Of a DNA stretch of 64,000 bases, positions 31,396 through 45,400 are shown piece after piece. Position numbers and translations under genes: made by a program. The notes beneath the pieces are model-generated. The model was not told where the DNA came from, ran no database searches, and saw only the letters and a list, made by a program, of their open reading frames with translations. Source of the DNA: Tubiluchus corallicola (lineage: Eukaryota > Animalia > Priapulida); contig JAQGDQ010000125.1 of assembly GCA_030141605.1 (NCBI GenBank), positions 1-64,000 on the forward strand, in the 5' to 3' direction. Within the stretch, counting starts at the first letter, position 1, and every line of letters starts with the position of its first letter.

Positions 31396-33454
31396 CTGTT
31401 CACAAAGACAACAGCAGTCACTACAGCGAGTTATAAACTACCATGTTTCAAGCAGATTTTAGATACACACAGCTATCTCTGCTTCTTTTGCAGATACACA
31501 CAAGCAGGAGTAAGCATGATATTATACACAGAGTTGAAATTACTGAGGTAGGCATGCCACAGTTGTTCATGTAAGATATGAGCAGTCACAGAGGTCACCC
31601 GAATAAATGAACAACATAAAAGCTAGGAGAGAAAAGCACAGAGCACAGTGCCACAAGTAAGTTTGTCAGAGAAATTAACTACTGAGTAATGACCAGTACA
31701 TCAGTACATCATTATGGAATGCACAAAGCCAAGACAAAACTAACCAAGCACAGTTTCATTGAATAGAAGGTTTAAGGTTAGTTTTTGTTAGAACAGGATA
31801 GATTTTGAGAATGTGTTAAGTACCGGCAGCATTGGTGTCAATCAAACACAATGACAGGTAAAACAACATAAAATCCAATCATGTCAGCTGTCTTCTCTAT
31901 TCGTAATACTAGTAATAATTACCGTTCCTTTTAGCAACTAGAAATGCAATTATTAAAGTTAAACTTAAAATCGACAGAATAAAACAATACCAGCTTTTCA
32001 TAAGAGAACATGCACTTGTTAACGAATAAAGAAATTATCAGTTATTCTTACCATTTGTTTTTATTTGTAAAATGCTGTAAGACTGTAAGTTGTAGCACAT
32101 ACGTGACAAGCAATACTATAATATAGCTATTCTGTAGACTCACAAACATACAGTGCAAACAACTATACTACCAATCTCACACCGATTTTCCAACTTTCAA
32201 ATACTATGAAAGGTAAATTTCTCTTAATAAAAAGTACATTAAGTTTTGAGTACAATACAGTTATTAAGAAGTTATTAAAATGTCCCGTAACTATATCTTC
32301 CTGGTATAGGACTTACACACTAACTTTCTTTATACTACAAATGCTAGAAGTATTGATTTGACAATTCAAAAGTAAATAGAAAGTGGCTGCAAAAGCATTA
32401 TTTTTTAGCTCAAATTTGAGGTAGCACAACATTGTTAGCAGTACTCGACAACAATGAGACAAATGTAAAATTTAGCTTAAGACATACTGGAAAAGCTAAA
32501 TCAGGACACAAATTGGTAGTGTGCAATAAAATTATGACATAGATGCAAATTTAAAAAAAAATCAATAAGCTGCAAGTGTCCAGGTAGAACTTTTCAGGTA
32601 AAAGCGCCAGATACATTTCAAATGAATGATCCAAAGTGCAAAAAAAAACAGTTAACCTAAAATAATGCGAGTTACAGTCAAATTTTCGAACTTAATGAGG
32701 ACAAAGCATAGGTTACAGAAATTGACGTTCAAGGACATAGATGATCTTGCTACAGTAATGAATATTGCAAGACAAAATACACATGTACAGAGGTGAGCCA
32801 TGCACAAAATTTTTAATACAATGCATATGCATCCAGAAGCAGAGAGGTGCATCATATTAAAACTTCATCCAGTTAGACATTAAGAACTCTATTCTACAAA
32901 AATAACCCCATGTGTTAGTATATTAGAAGTTGAGGAACATTAAATTTGCACAAGCCCAGGCAACTGTGCATTAAATATTATTTTAATGGATAACAAAGTG
33001 TTCTGAAAGGGTATAGATGCTAAAGTGTAATATATGTATCCAAAAATCAATAATTCGCATAGGGTAACAAACAAACCATCTAGAATGTACATCTGCATTA
33101 TTACTTTTACTATAAAAAAATCCATAATTGTTGATCAGACTCATAGCTGAGAAAAAAATCTCGCCGGAAAGCGGGCGATGTAACTCCACTCTCAAACTGA
33201 TAAACCCTATCATATTTTGTGAGTGAACTACGTATCCAAAATAAAATTTTCAGCCAATCAGTTCAGATCATATGACGTCGCTAAATTCGAGCCTTAGTTT
33301 GACATTTTTAGTACATTAAAGGCAAATTATGTCACCCATTGCCAATTAGAGATTTAGACTTTAAACTTAAGGAAAGACATTTAATGCATTAATAAATATT
33401 ATGGAACAATTTTAATGAATGACATGGAAAAATTCTATACATGAATTGGTTTAC

Positions 33455-36400
33455 CTTTAATGCAGACCGAAGCACCACAACCTGACCTGCTGATTGGATC
33501 CAGGGTTCTCCATCAACTTGCACAGGTAAATCATTGTACATCCAAATCCTTATCTATATTTATACAAATGTATTATGAAAACGTATGCATTAGTTTATTG
33601 TAATAGTACTTTTACACCAGATATCATAACGTAAATTATTCATTCCGTAACATGCCCTGTTGCTGCCATTCACCACTGTATGTCTTCAGGCAGTGAATGT
33701 AAAATGAAACACATTTTTTCTTACATGCCTGATATACAAGGTGCCACTAGTGTGTGGCACAGAAGTGCATTTTGCATAGTAAAGTTTTACAGTAAAATTT
33801 TTGTACATACATATTTTCTTGTTAGTAAAATATTGCTGACTCAACTTATACTTGTATGTTACCCTAAAATGCCCTCTAACTTGACCATTACAATAATCCC
33901 TAAAGTACTACTAAATATATTAGTCAGAAGGCCTAAACTTACATGTCCACCTTGTGCAATTCGAACACCGCTTCGCAATCCAGTCTGTATTTGGCTCATA
34001 TGTACAACGCCTGTTATGCCAACAACCTCCAACATGCCATCGTAATGGTTGGGCTTACTGAATGCATCCTCTTTTTGCGGACCCCAAGCATTTGCGCCCG
34101 ATCCCCAACTATACAACAAAAAGAATGTATAAACTCCTATAAGATTAAATAAATCTCTTCAGTATTATAAGAATGATATCTCTGAACTATCTGAAAATCT
34201 GTATTGCATGGCTAAATGAACTGGATTTTTGTTGTATAAGAAATGTGAGGAATAACTTAAAATCGATGCACACTATCAATATTGTAAAATAAGAAAATGT
34301 GAAACCACTTGTACAAGTGCACACATAGAGACTATCTAATGTAATACGTGGAGACTAAGCAATGTAATAAAATGGAAGATGGAAACCACGTTTACCTGAG
34401 TATGTTGAGAATAATGAGGCCCTCCAGTGGAGGCAGTTCAATGTGTTTGCCATCTACTTCCACTCGGATTTGGTTTTGCATGTCCTTACAAGACTTGCGA
34501 TTAACCATTTTCCTCAAGCCCATTTTCACGTACACACTCTTATTATGTAGCCTGAATATGACAAACAGAAAAGACGTGATTTTAAGAAGCAAATGCAGAA
34601 AATGTGGAAATCGTACAGGGAAAAATTTAAAGAACATGTTAATAAATAACTTCAGGTTAGAAATGCATAATATAAATGTTTGGTCTAAAGTTTACAATTC
34701 CCCACAAACAAGAAATTAGTTCGTGAAGCGAGGATTAGGATTAAGGTTAATTTAGGATTAGTGTTTGAGTTGGGCGCTCAGATTAAGGATAGGTTGGGTC
34801 AGGGTGAGAGTTAGGGTTAGTGCTCAGGTATTTAAACTGTTATGGGAATTGTGAACTCTTTCCGATTTTTGCAACATGCAGTTGTGCTTTCTGCAGTTGT
34901 TTACAATTTATTGAAATATACTAAAGGGAGCATCTTGACAGCATTCATTGCAATCGGGACAAAAACTTTAGAGCAAAAGCTCTAACATGCTCGCTAAAAA
35001 CTATAAATGATGTGAAGACACGCTAGGTAATTATCAAAAATTCGAGGCATTAAAGAAAAGTTATCATTTAACACTGCTGTAGCTACACGGAAGCGCACAT
35101 TTACCTGCTATTGAATTTATTAGGATTTTCCTCGCGAGCCATATGGAAGTCTAGACAGAGGTCAGCATCCAAGCCTATACCGAAGTAATTGTTCATCACA
35201 AACATGGACGTCTGATCTTCCTGATTTTGTGGAGTATTGTTGCCGAGTGATTGCAGAGACTTAGTATCATCAAAAAGCTTTTCGTCAGGATGGAATACAA
35301 CAGTCCACCTGCAATGCGTTCAAAATTACGTAAATACAAGATCATTAAATTTTCATGTGTAGCTAACATATCCACACATACATAATATTACGATAATTCC
35401 TACTATTTTTAAGTTTGTGTAAAGCCAATTTGAACTTGTATGCTGCCATTTGACAAGAGGCAGCCATTTTAATTTTTCGATGATTGTTCTTATGAAATTA
35501 TGTGAAGTTATACTGTTACACTTACATTATGAAAAAAGATAGGTGGAAAATCATTACAATAATGCATGCATAAGCTCTGTAATAAGTTTTTTTTTTGAGC
35601 TACTGACGCACTCACTCTGTGATCATGCAGCACAGACATTATGGTATTTGAGAGTTTAAACAAATTACTAAGACATTTTGCTATTAACCAGAGCCTTTTA
35701 AATAAATAGAAAAGAAAAGCTGTGCACTGATATAACTTGCTTTTGAATTTTTTTTATAAAATTATGCTTTATAATTTGTAGAGCATCTTTTTTTATATAC
35801 GCATAATTTACTGTTATGTAATACCCATTATCTATTTCAAATTCAAGCTACGTTGTGCCGACAAGCCGACCTCGGGCTAGAAATGCCAATACTTTGTATA
35901 CAATGAACCAACAAACCTGTCCAATCGAATTTCTTCGGCTTCAATAACGTCTTTAAGCATATTTAGAGGATCTTCTCCGCCCGTGTAGCCTGGACCCCAT
36001 CGCAGAACCCTAGCCAGGTCATTGCCAGTTCCAAGAGGAACAATAGCACAGGGTGGTGATGGACATTCTACAATTCCAATATTTATAGTTAGCATGGTTG
36101 CTATTCATGACATGTAGGCAAAAATTATTCCAAATCATTGACTGAACTAAATGCTAATAGATTTCCGTGTTTCTGTCTTCGCAAAGACAACGTGTAGCTA
36201 CTTTGAATACCAATTCGTAAGAACAAAATTCTTATAAATAATTACCTTGTAAGTAAGTCAAAAGCTCAACATTGTGAGTAAAAAAGTACCATGTAGTGAG
36301 AAAGATGAGATATGTAACATGGCAGTTTTCAACATTCAAATCAGACATTCCACTTTGAAATATTAATATGTACGCAGGACCTACCACTGCCAGATGTCCT

Positions 36401-39400
36401 CTCTTTCAAAAGCACAGCATATAAGAATAAATGAATGGCCTTACTCACAGAACAGAGTCGGACGTAACACAAACCAGTGGCTTGGAAACATCAATACGAA
36501 GAAAAAACAATCCCCCTCACAATACTCCCCCCCCCCGATAAACAGCATCCGGCAACCCTAGGTTGGCCCCAGAAACATTCTTATTGGACAAACAATGTTG
36601 CAACAAGTGGAAAGCTTTCCTAGACAGCCAGAAACAAAAATTATTTTGGTTTGATTTTGAGTTTATAAAGCTAATTTCATTTTCCCAACTATCCAACACT
36701 TTATTTCAAGTGCCAAGTGATTTTGCTGGAGTAGATAATTGTAAATAAAAATTGTGCATGTTTACCTGAATCCTGTCCAACGTTGTCTAAGCAGGAAAGA
36801 ACCCAACCAACACTACCATCACCACCACACACCATGATCTTATATTTCTTTATATTTCGAAATACATATAACCTGAAACAAAACATTTTCTTCTACAGCT
36901 TGAAACTTTCCTTGCTTTGATCTGGTGCTCAACAACAAGGTCTATTAAAGTATGTAGTTGTGGTATGACTGGAAAGCCTAGTTCAGTATCATGTGTATAA
37001 TCCACTAAGATGAGAGAGTAAACAAGCTGAGGTATTTTAGCCATATGTGGATGCCTTGTTGCAGAGCGCCACTCTACCCAACTTATCTTATATTAATTTA
37101 ATTATCAGCTTACTAATAACATCTATCTAAAAACGTAAAAAGAACAGCAATATCATTCATTACTGTTATAATAAATTTGACACAGTTTTTGCCATATGTG
37201 TGTGTGTGCGTGTGCGTGCGTGCATGCGTGTGCGTGCGTGCATATGGCAAAAACAGTATAGTGGTTCATTATTAAAAGAAAATTAGAAAATAAGTTACCC
37301 AGCTAATGGACCGCCATTGTCCAGATCAAACACTTGATGAGGATTTAACAGTTTTCGGTATGAGGTTATGAGTTCAAGTCCTTGACAACCACCACTTTTT
37401 ACATTTACAAACACAAGCAGTGGCAAAACACCAGATGGAACCATGTGCATCTATAAAATAGTAAAAAGTGCCCTTGAATTAACTGCAACTGATTTGACAT
37501 GAACAAATCAGAATTTATGGAAAGTTACGCTACAACGTGACTGTATCATCAACATCATTTAACTTTTACTTTTATTTAGAAAAAGATTAAACTCTTAAAT
37601 ACAAAAATGTCAATAACTAAAAAAAAGCAAATTGTAAGCTTAAATATAGTTCTGTTATTAAGGCAAAGCAAAACATATGCACAAATTACCGCCAATTTTA
37701 ACAACTAGAAACGTCTATGCAAATTACTGTTTATTTACACTCTACAATTATATAATCACAAACTACGAATGCAGAAATCTAGACAAAATTTGACAACTTG
37801 AAGGTTTTCACCTGTATGTTTGGTAAGAGAAGAACCAACAACTGCTTATCATCATACATGGCTTCCTGTAGCTTGTTGAAAGATTTCACCGCTTTCTCGC
37901 TAGTATAGTACGTTATCACCAGAGACCCATATTCGTAGTATATAGGACCAATACTGACAAACTTTAATTCTGCAAAAATGAAACAAAAAATAACCAATAA
38001 TTAAATCTTATCTTTGTCCATTTGTAAAGTGCTGCCACCTTTGTTTACTTAACTTCTATGCAGCGTATGCACAAGCAAATTTATCTATAATAAATAAATT
38101 TACACTTTACATAAAATAACACAACAGTATCATGATTGTGATTACCTGAAGTAAAACTAACTGAAAACAAGTAATGTCATTAACAGGCCAAAGGTAAGTT
38201 CACTAACATCGCTACAGTTATAAACTTATAGAATAATGAGTGTGTTTCTCTGATGTTAGTCTGTTAATGTGACGTTAGTGACTCTGGCAAAGCTTTATAA
38301 TGTTCTGAGAAACGTACAGCAAGTCTTGGAGTTTGGGATAAATAAATTTTGAACTGAAATTGCGATGACGAAATACAGCCTAGTTGTTGAGGATTTGGGC
38401 ATTAACTACCATGAGAAGTGATAAAGCCAGACACTAGATTTTTACTCTATCAAGTAGATTAAAAAAATAAGAAAAAAGTATTCTTATGCGGCAACGACCA
38501 AGGAGCTAGAAAGCTGATGTTAATCTTTCAGCACCTTTGAAATTCTCTAGGTAACTCATCGATAGGAAAAAAAATTGGCAATTGGCAATAACACCGTATT
38601 GAGAGCAAACTCAATAAGAAACCACTGTGCGAGATAATCGAGTTATACAATAACGAATGTGCAAAACCCATTTGCAGACACTGTTTGTGCCATTAGGAGA
38701 ATTAAACACGGCAAATTAGAGAACTTAAAAATGCTTTGAACAACATTTTGTTGATTTGCTGGGTTCAGATACATCAAAAGAGATTTTATTGCATTTTTGG
38801 CGAAGCGAATAAACGTATATTAGATACGCGAACAACACTGTGTGACAAAACAGCTCAAATTTTCTAGTTTTCAAATGCAATGCCTTTACTGCCTCTGACA
38901 CAAAAAGCTTATTTACAAAATAGCTTGTATTTCACAGTCAGCTACACTTTAGTTTTGCATTTATAAGTTGCAAATTAGCAAGCCAACAATAAGTTATTGC
39001 CTAACAAGGTGCCAACCAAATGCTTCAAACATAATTGTTCTGATTTATTGTTGCAAAAGTCCATTGTATAGTCATGATAAATGTTATAAGGTCTCATTCT
39101 AAGGGTAAAAATGCGTTTATAATCTTTCCACATGCAATCACACAGGTCTTGTCTCGGATTCTCAATCCAGTGCCGATGCTTTAAACGATTTGTTCGGTTT
39201 TGAGGGTCACAGGCATTTGGATTAGCTATCAAAAGTTGAAATTTTGTCTTACCTTGGACCAAACAATATTATGCTTTTTCTATCTACAAATGGACCTGAC
39301 AATAATATGCTCTGTTTCTGCACACATATAGCGTGTGAACAAAGCTACATGGCTGCCAGATATGCATTGGGAAACAACAGCCACATGTTTTTGTTTACAC

Positions 39401-42400
39401 GTGAAAATAGAAACGAGATTCAAATTGTAATAAGTTGTACGGCTACAAACTGCGAATGTAAATTTGAAACCTTATTATTCTGTAGCTTTGTATTTTAGCT
39501 TGTTGTAACCATAATGGAAAAAACAAATCTTTATTATTGTTATAAAATCTAGTATACCCACAATTATTATCCTGTTGTTACAGTTACAAACCTGCCAATC
39601 ATTTGATGTAAAAACTAGTGTGAAAAGTACGAAGCTCCAGGTCCAGTGACCTTATAAATGCCCCAAAAATCCGTTTTTTGGGCACCAAAACCAAAATATT
39701 AAAAAAATTAAGGCAAAAACAAAACATAAGGCAAGTTTTAGACACTACTGACCTTTTGTATGTTGTTACAGCAGCTCATATATATATATAAATGCTCTTT
39801 TCTATACAAGAAAAAAGCTCAATACACACCTAGCATCAAAGTACTTAATTTTCAATTTTAAAACCCTTTAATATAATATAGATGCCACGAGATGCATGAA
39901 CTCTGCTGCACTATTAGGGTTAGTACTGCTAATTGTGTCAAGGTTGAAACTGATGGCAAAGAAAGCCAGGTGATTTGCACAGTTGCGGAATGTGTCAGAA
40001 GTGAAATTTGATGTGCGTATACACGTGAAAGACCTAAAATGCGTGTGACGCTTTGCCTAATATGTTAGACAGTTAGAGTTAACAGGTCTGTAGTTAGGAT
40101 GAACACAAAAACAGCAGATAAGACAGCACTGACAACCATCATCAATTATAAACTCATGTCAAATTGAATTTAAACAGTTGTATAATTATGAAATAATACA
40201 ATTTCGTATATGCACTACATAATGATGTAGCTACAACTTCTCAAAGCGGACAAAACTAGGTATCTAAATAGACTTCCTCTGGTGGTATATCATCCATATT
40301 TTACTCAGTAATTTGCGTCACATGTAAATGCACTACATAGTGATGTAGCCACAACTTCTCAAAGCAGACAAAACTAGGTATGTAAATAGACATTCTTTGC
40401 TGGTAAATCATCCATGTTTGTATCATATGTATTATAAATGTAATCAACACTTACCTTTGCCTAATATTTTGACTAAAATTGTTTCATACTGCCGCTGGGA
40501 GAGATTTTCTGGCAACTTGCCAACAAATAATGATATAGATGGACCATGAGGATCTTTTACTTGCTGTATGTAAAACCTCGTAACTTGCATTTTATGAAGG
40601 GATTCCTGCAAAAAAGTGTTAAAAATATTTTCACTAGTAAACTTTTAACATGATTTATAAAAGGATGAATATATTTGCAGAAAACATCACGAATGAATGT
40701 CTAAAAATGAAAGTAATGTTTTCTTACCTTTCTAATTTGTTGCATAATTTGCCATGGACACTCAGCTCGCTTGAGTTCCCTTTGTTGAACTAAAAGAAAA
40801 ACAATTTGTATTTTCAAACAAAAACTTATTAAAACTGACCGTAATAGGAACTGTACAATAATCAAAAATCATAAATAAATGATTACCATTTTTAAAATGT
40901 TAGCGAGAAACTAGTGCCATTTACTAAGTACTTACTGCCTCTCTCTAACAAAACTTCCACGAGTTTATACTCCATTGGATCGGCACTCTCCATGCCAAAC
41001 TTTTTTAGTGCATACGAGATTACTTCATCTGCAGTGGTTGCACTAGTAACAGGAATGTTCTTATATGGCACGGCAACCCTGTAACAGCATTAACAGATGG
41101 TAATCTACTTACATATGGCAACAGCCTATTCCATCATGAAATAAGTAGCAGCAGAACATTTTTTTGAACTTTTGCTTTGCTTCTACATGCCCAAAAAATC
41201 GCAAAAACTTTCGAGAAAACTTGGCAGAATTTTGAACAAGTTGTTACATTTTCCACATAAATATATGAGCTGGGTTACGTATGGTATGAGGAATAGTATT
41301 ATTTTTATATTATCAACTCAAAAACTACCTAAATAAATTACGTGTTACAACAAAAGTCGACGCCTTTGTGAATTTTGCAATAAAAAAGTGGATGTAAAAA
41401 TGCAAAAACCTGGCTGACTACAGTGTTATTCAGCAAATAATAAAAAGTGAAAATGCATGATACACAGAAAACCAACCTCAGTGTTCCAGGGTAGACTTTA
41501 ATAAAACCTCTATCTGGGTCTTTCTCATTGTATCGCAGAAAAATGGCGGGTCGCCGGCCATCCCGGCGTCGAAGATTGCGTAGTGACATCTCCTCTTCTA
41601 ACTCTGCTTCATTACCTTCCTTGTCTATTATTTCTGTTACGTAGTACTTTTTGGGGTCATCCGTTATGTGGAATGTACGTAGTGCTGCCTCCTGTAAAAC
41701 AGAAGACATACTTTTATTAATTTCGTACTCATCAAAAAATGAATGTCAGGTGAAAAAAAATTTGGCAATTTTTTAATGACTTTGAATCAATTCACATAGA
41801 AAAAAAGGTGAAAATCCAACAAACAAACAAGTTAGATATGCAAGCAAATGTTGACAAATAAATTTGTGGCCGTGTTTTTTTTACTGTCCAGAACTGATCA
41901 TCAGCTTGATACTGACCAGAGACAAGATCAGGAGGTTAGACTACAGAAACGTTCGGTTTTTATTTTACACTCCACACGTTTAACATGTACATGATGACAC
42001 ATCACACGTGAGTGCACCACCATGATAAGTGGTCACCTGATTGGAAATAACGTTACATGGTAGTTCATACACATTATTTAGGAACAAATGTCTTACCAAT
42101 ATCTCTTGAGCACTGGAAGTCTTTGCAACTGTTATAGTCCTAAACTGACGGCGTTTTAATGATGAATTGCCGTCAAAAACCTTTACTACTTCTGCAAAAA
42201 AAAACAATCAGTATAACATTTCAACTGTGAAACTAACATTTAGAATTTTAAATCTAATAATAATTGTTCAGTATAAGTAGGTATTATGATGTAAATGGGT
42301 GACCATGATAAGGAAATTCAGTACAGTACTAATATGAATTTTGGCACAGTGCAAGCCAGGATTTTGAATTTACTGTAGAATACCTTACTAATATCATGAC

Positions 42401-45400
42401 GCGATTCTGTAGGTTTAGCCACGGACCAGCAGAAGTGTTATTAGAATATTTGAATGTATACACATCCTCCTCTTGACTAGAGTATTATAGCTTGGGCAGT
42501 ATGGCAGAAGAAATCAAGTAGGACTATTTTTCCCAGCAGTCACCTTTCCATTTACTAAATGGGCTTGCTTTGCTTAATTTTACAGACACACACACGATCA
42601 TGACCACTCACTTAGCCCGAAGTCGACCACACCCAAAATAACATCAAGATCCACGATGCTAACGCTATTACGAGATTTTGTTTTCCTCAACTCAACTAAT
42701 TTAAATTTTTCAGGTTATTTTTCTTATATTTTAGCAATATAGACTTCACAAATCAATGCAATAAACTCAAGTTTTTAAGCAAAATGATCAATCGGATGCA
42801 ATTACCATAATTTAGTAATGAATGACTTAGTAAATTAACACAAACCTTCATCTCTATCTTTATCCTTATCTTTTGTGCTACCAGTACTAACCATGCCTGG
42901 ATAATCATTATACTCCCTGGCTGACGTTTTGAGATCACCACTAGATGACCACTCCTCTGACATGCTGCGTGCTGCTGAAACATAACGGCTTGGGTAAGAG
43001 AAAACAAAAATTCATCAGTTTTATGCTGAGAATTGAAAATTTTAATTCCAAATTGCAATCAGAAAATTAGAAGCAGCACATAGTAACAGAAGGCCTATCC
43101 AGTAGACCTTTGAATTTCCGCATTTTATGAGTCATCTATTTCACCATCTAGCACTTTAAAGAACAGGCTACTACTGTTACGTTAATGTAAATGAGTATGA
43201 AAAAATCAGCACAGCAACACGAGGAAGCTCATCATAACTGCAAATACGGCACTTGAATGACCTACTAACCACACAATTTTTTTACGTATATAATCATGTA
43301 ATGCAATTGTGGGGAAAAAGTCAGTGTGAATTCTCTCGTGTTAATATTTATATAATAATTAACAGAACATCTGAAAGTCCAGTTCTTGAAAATTCAAGAA
43401 ATTACAAACTCTTGTAACACGGAAATTGATTTTTTCCTATTTAAATTAATTTTGGTGTTTACAAAATCAAAACTAAAACATTAATTTTTCTCAATTTATG
43501 AAGCACTTATATTTGGTTCGTTAACAGCAAATAGTTAGGAACGCAAAGAGAATAACGTGAAGGCCTTAAGAAAATAAACTATTACCAGCGGCTAGCATAA
43601 AGGTTCGAATAAGGTCTTTAACACTGGCTAGTTTGAGCACTTTACAAAGATAACATTTTGCTCTGCCCACTTAAGCATTTTTAGCGTAACGAACTACCTT
43701 ACAAGAATACAGGACCGTTCAGATATATTTTTACCCGAAGCGTATGAGCCAAGTTGGCTGATGTACTAGTTATTTTATCGAATGGAGAGATTTCATGGCC
43801 AAATAATCACTAATGTAAGTGAGGTTTACAGAAAAACACTTGAGATTAGGTCCAGCTGGCAGCTATGTTCCATTAGCTCCCTCTTTTTCTTTAAATGTCT
43901 CGTGTTAACACCAGAGCAAATTATTAGCTATAAACCAAGGCAGGTTACAAATCAAAGCAAACTGGTGAACTGATACTGTAAAAACAAAGATAATATCAAC
44001 AATACTTACGAGAAAGAGCTTGTCGTCGCTCACACCTAACTCCTAGTATTGTCTCCATTGGAAGGTCAGTTCGTGGGATTGTAACCCCACTTGGTGGCAA
44101 CATTATGTTTTGAAGAACACCAAACCCACATTCTGGCGGTAGACTTTTAAAACATACTGCATGTGCCTGCAACGATAAATTTGTTAAGTCACAGAAAAAA
44201 TTTAAAAAACTTCAATAGCGGTTTTTGTAGTTATTGAACTTTATATTTCATACTCTCTGAATTATGTTTTAATGAACCCACACAATTAGTCATAGAAATT
44301 ATGCATCTATTTGCTGAGACTTTTCAGTCCTTTCCATTCCAGCCGAACAATTATTGTACAGGCATAGAGACACAAAAAACAAATTAGAGTTTTAATTTCG
44401 GTGTTCACAAGACATCTTTCCCTCAAACAGATGTTTAAATATTGAGTTAGTTGTCAAATGCTTACTAAGAAGCGAAGGTCTAGTTAGTTAATAACTATCA
44501 GGATCTGAATTTATTCGAAAAATTAACGACTGCTGTCCGACGAAGGAATCTTACTGTGAATACTTACCGTCACTCCACACCATTCGCACCGCATACCAGC
44601 CAGACATTCCGCTGACCAGCATGTCTTTTTACAGAGTAAACATTTAGAGTTGGCAGGTAAATTTCCTTCCCTCCAATGATGAAGTTGCACAACCTGACTC
44701 TGCAAGCACAAAGCATAGATGTGTAAGCTATAACAGTAAAAAATTACCACTTTAAGGTATTTATTCACTATTTAGTTAGTTAGTTAGTTATGCACAAGCC
44801 TAAATTCAGAAACTAAAGGGGTAATGCAAAATGTTGCAGAACGATTGGTACAATGACATCAACACTTACAATATCTCTGTTTGGGACATATGTTGCACAT
44901 TCTTTGCAGTCACTAACAACAAAGTCTTGGCATTCTAAGTGGGCGTAATATTCACATACTGAAAACAAAAACTGTGATGAACACAAAAACGCTTTCACGA
45001 TACGTATTTATAATGAAATAATAAAGATGTCACTAATTACTGGTGACACAGTAGTACTTAATTTTTTATTCTAACAAAATGACATAAAATCCAGCATTAC
45101 CTTTCAGTCAAAGATAACAGATTAGAAAGTCAAATATTAGACTAGTAAACATTTGGTAATCAAATAACATGATCTGTCACAATCAAAACAATTTGTGTAC
45201 ACAGCATATCAATGCACACACATGTAATTTAATCACATACTTTCACATCTTATTGCCCAGCTGTCTTCTAGTCGTTTCCGACAGACATTGCAGAATTTTC
45301 GTTTGAAGTGGCCTGGTTCGGACCAACAATGAGGAACCGGGTTCTGGAAAATCAAACAAAAATAGAGTGTTTTAAATGTTGACCACAACATCTTTATCTA

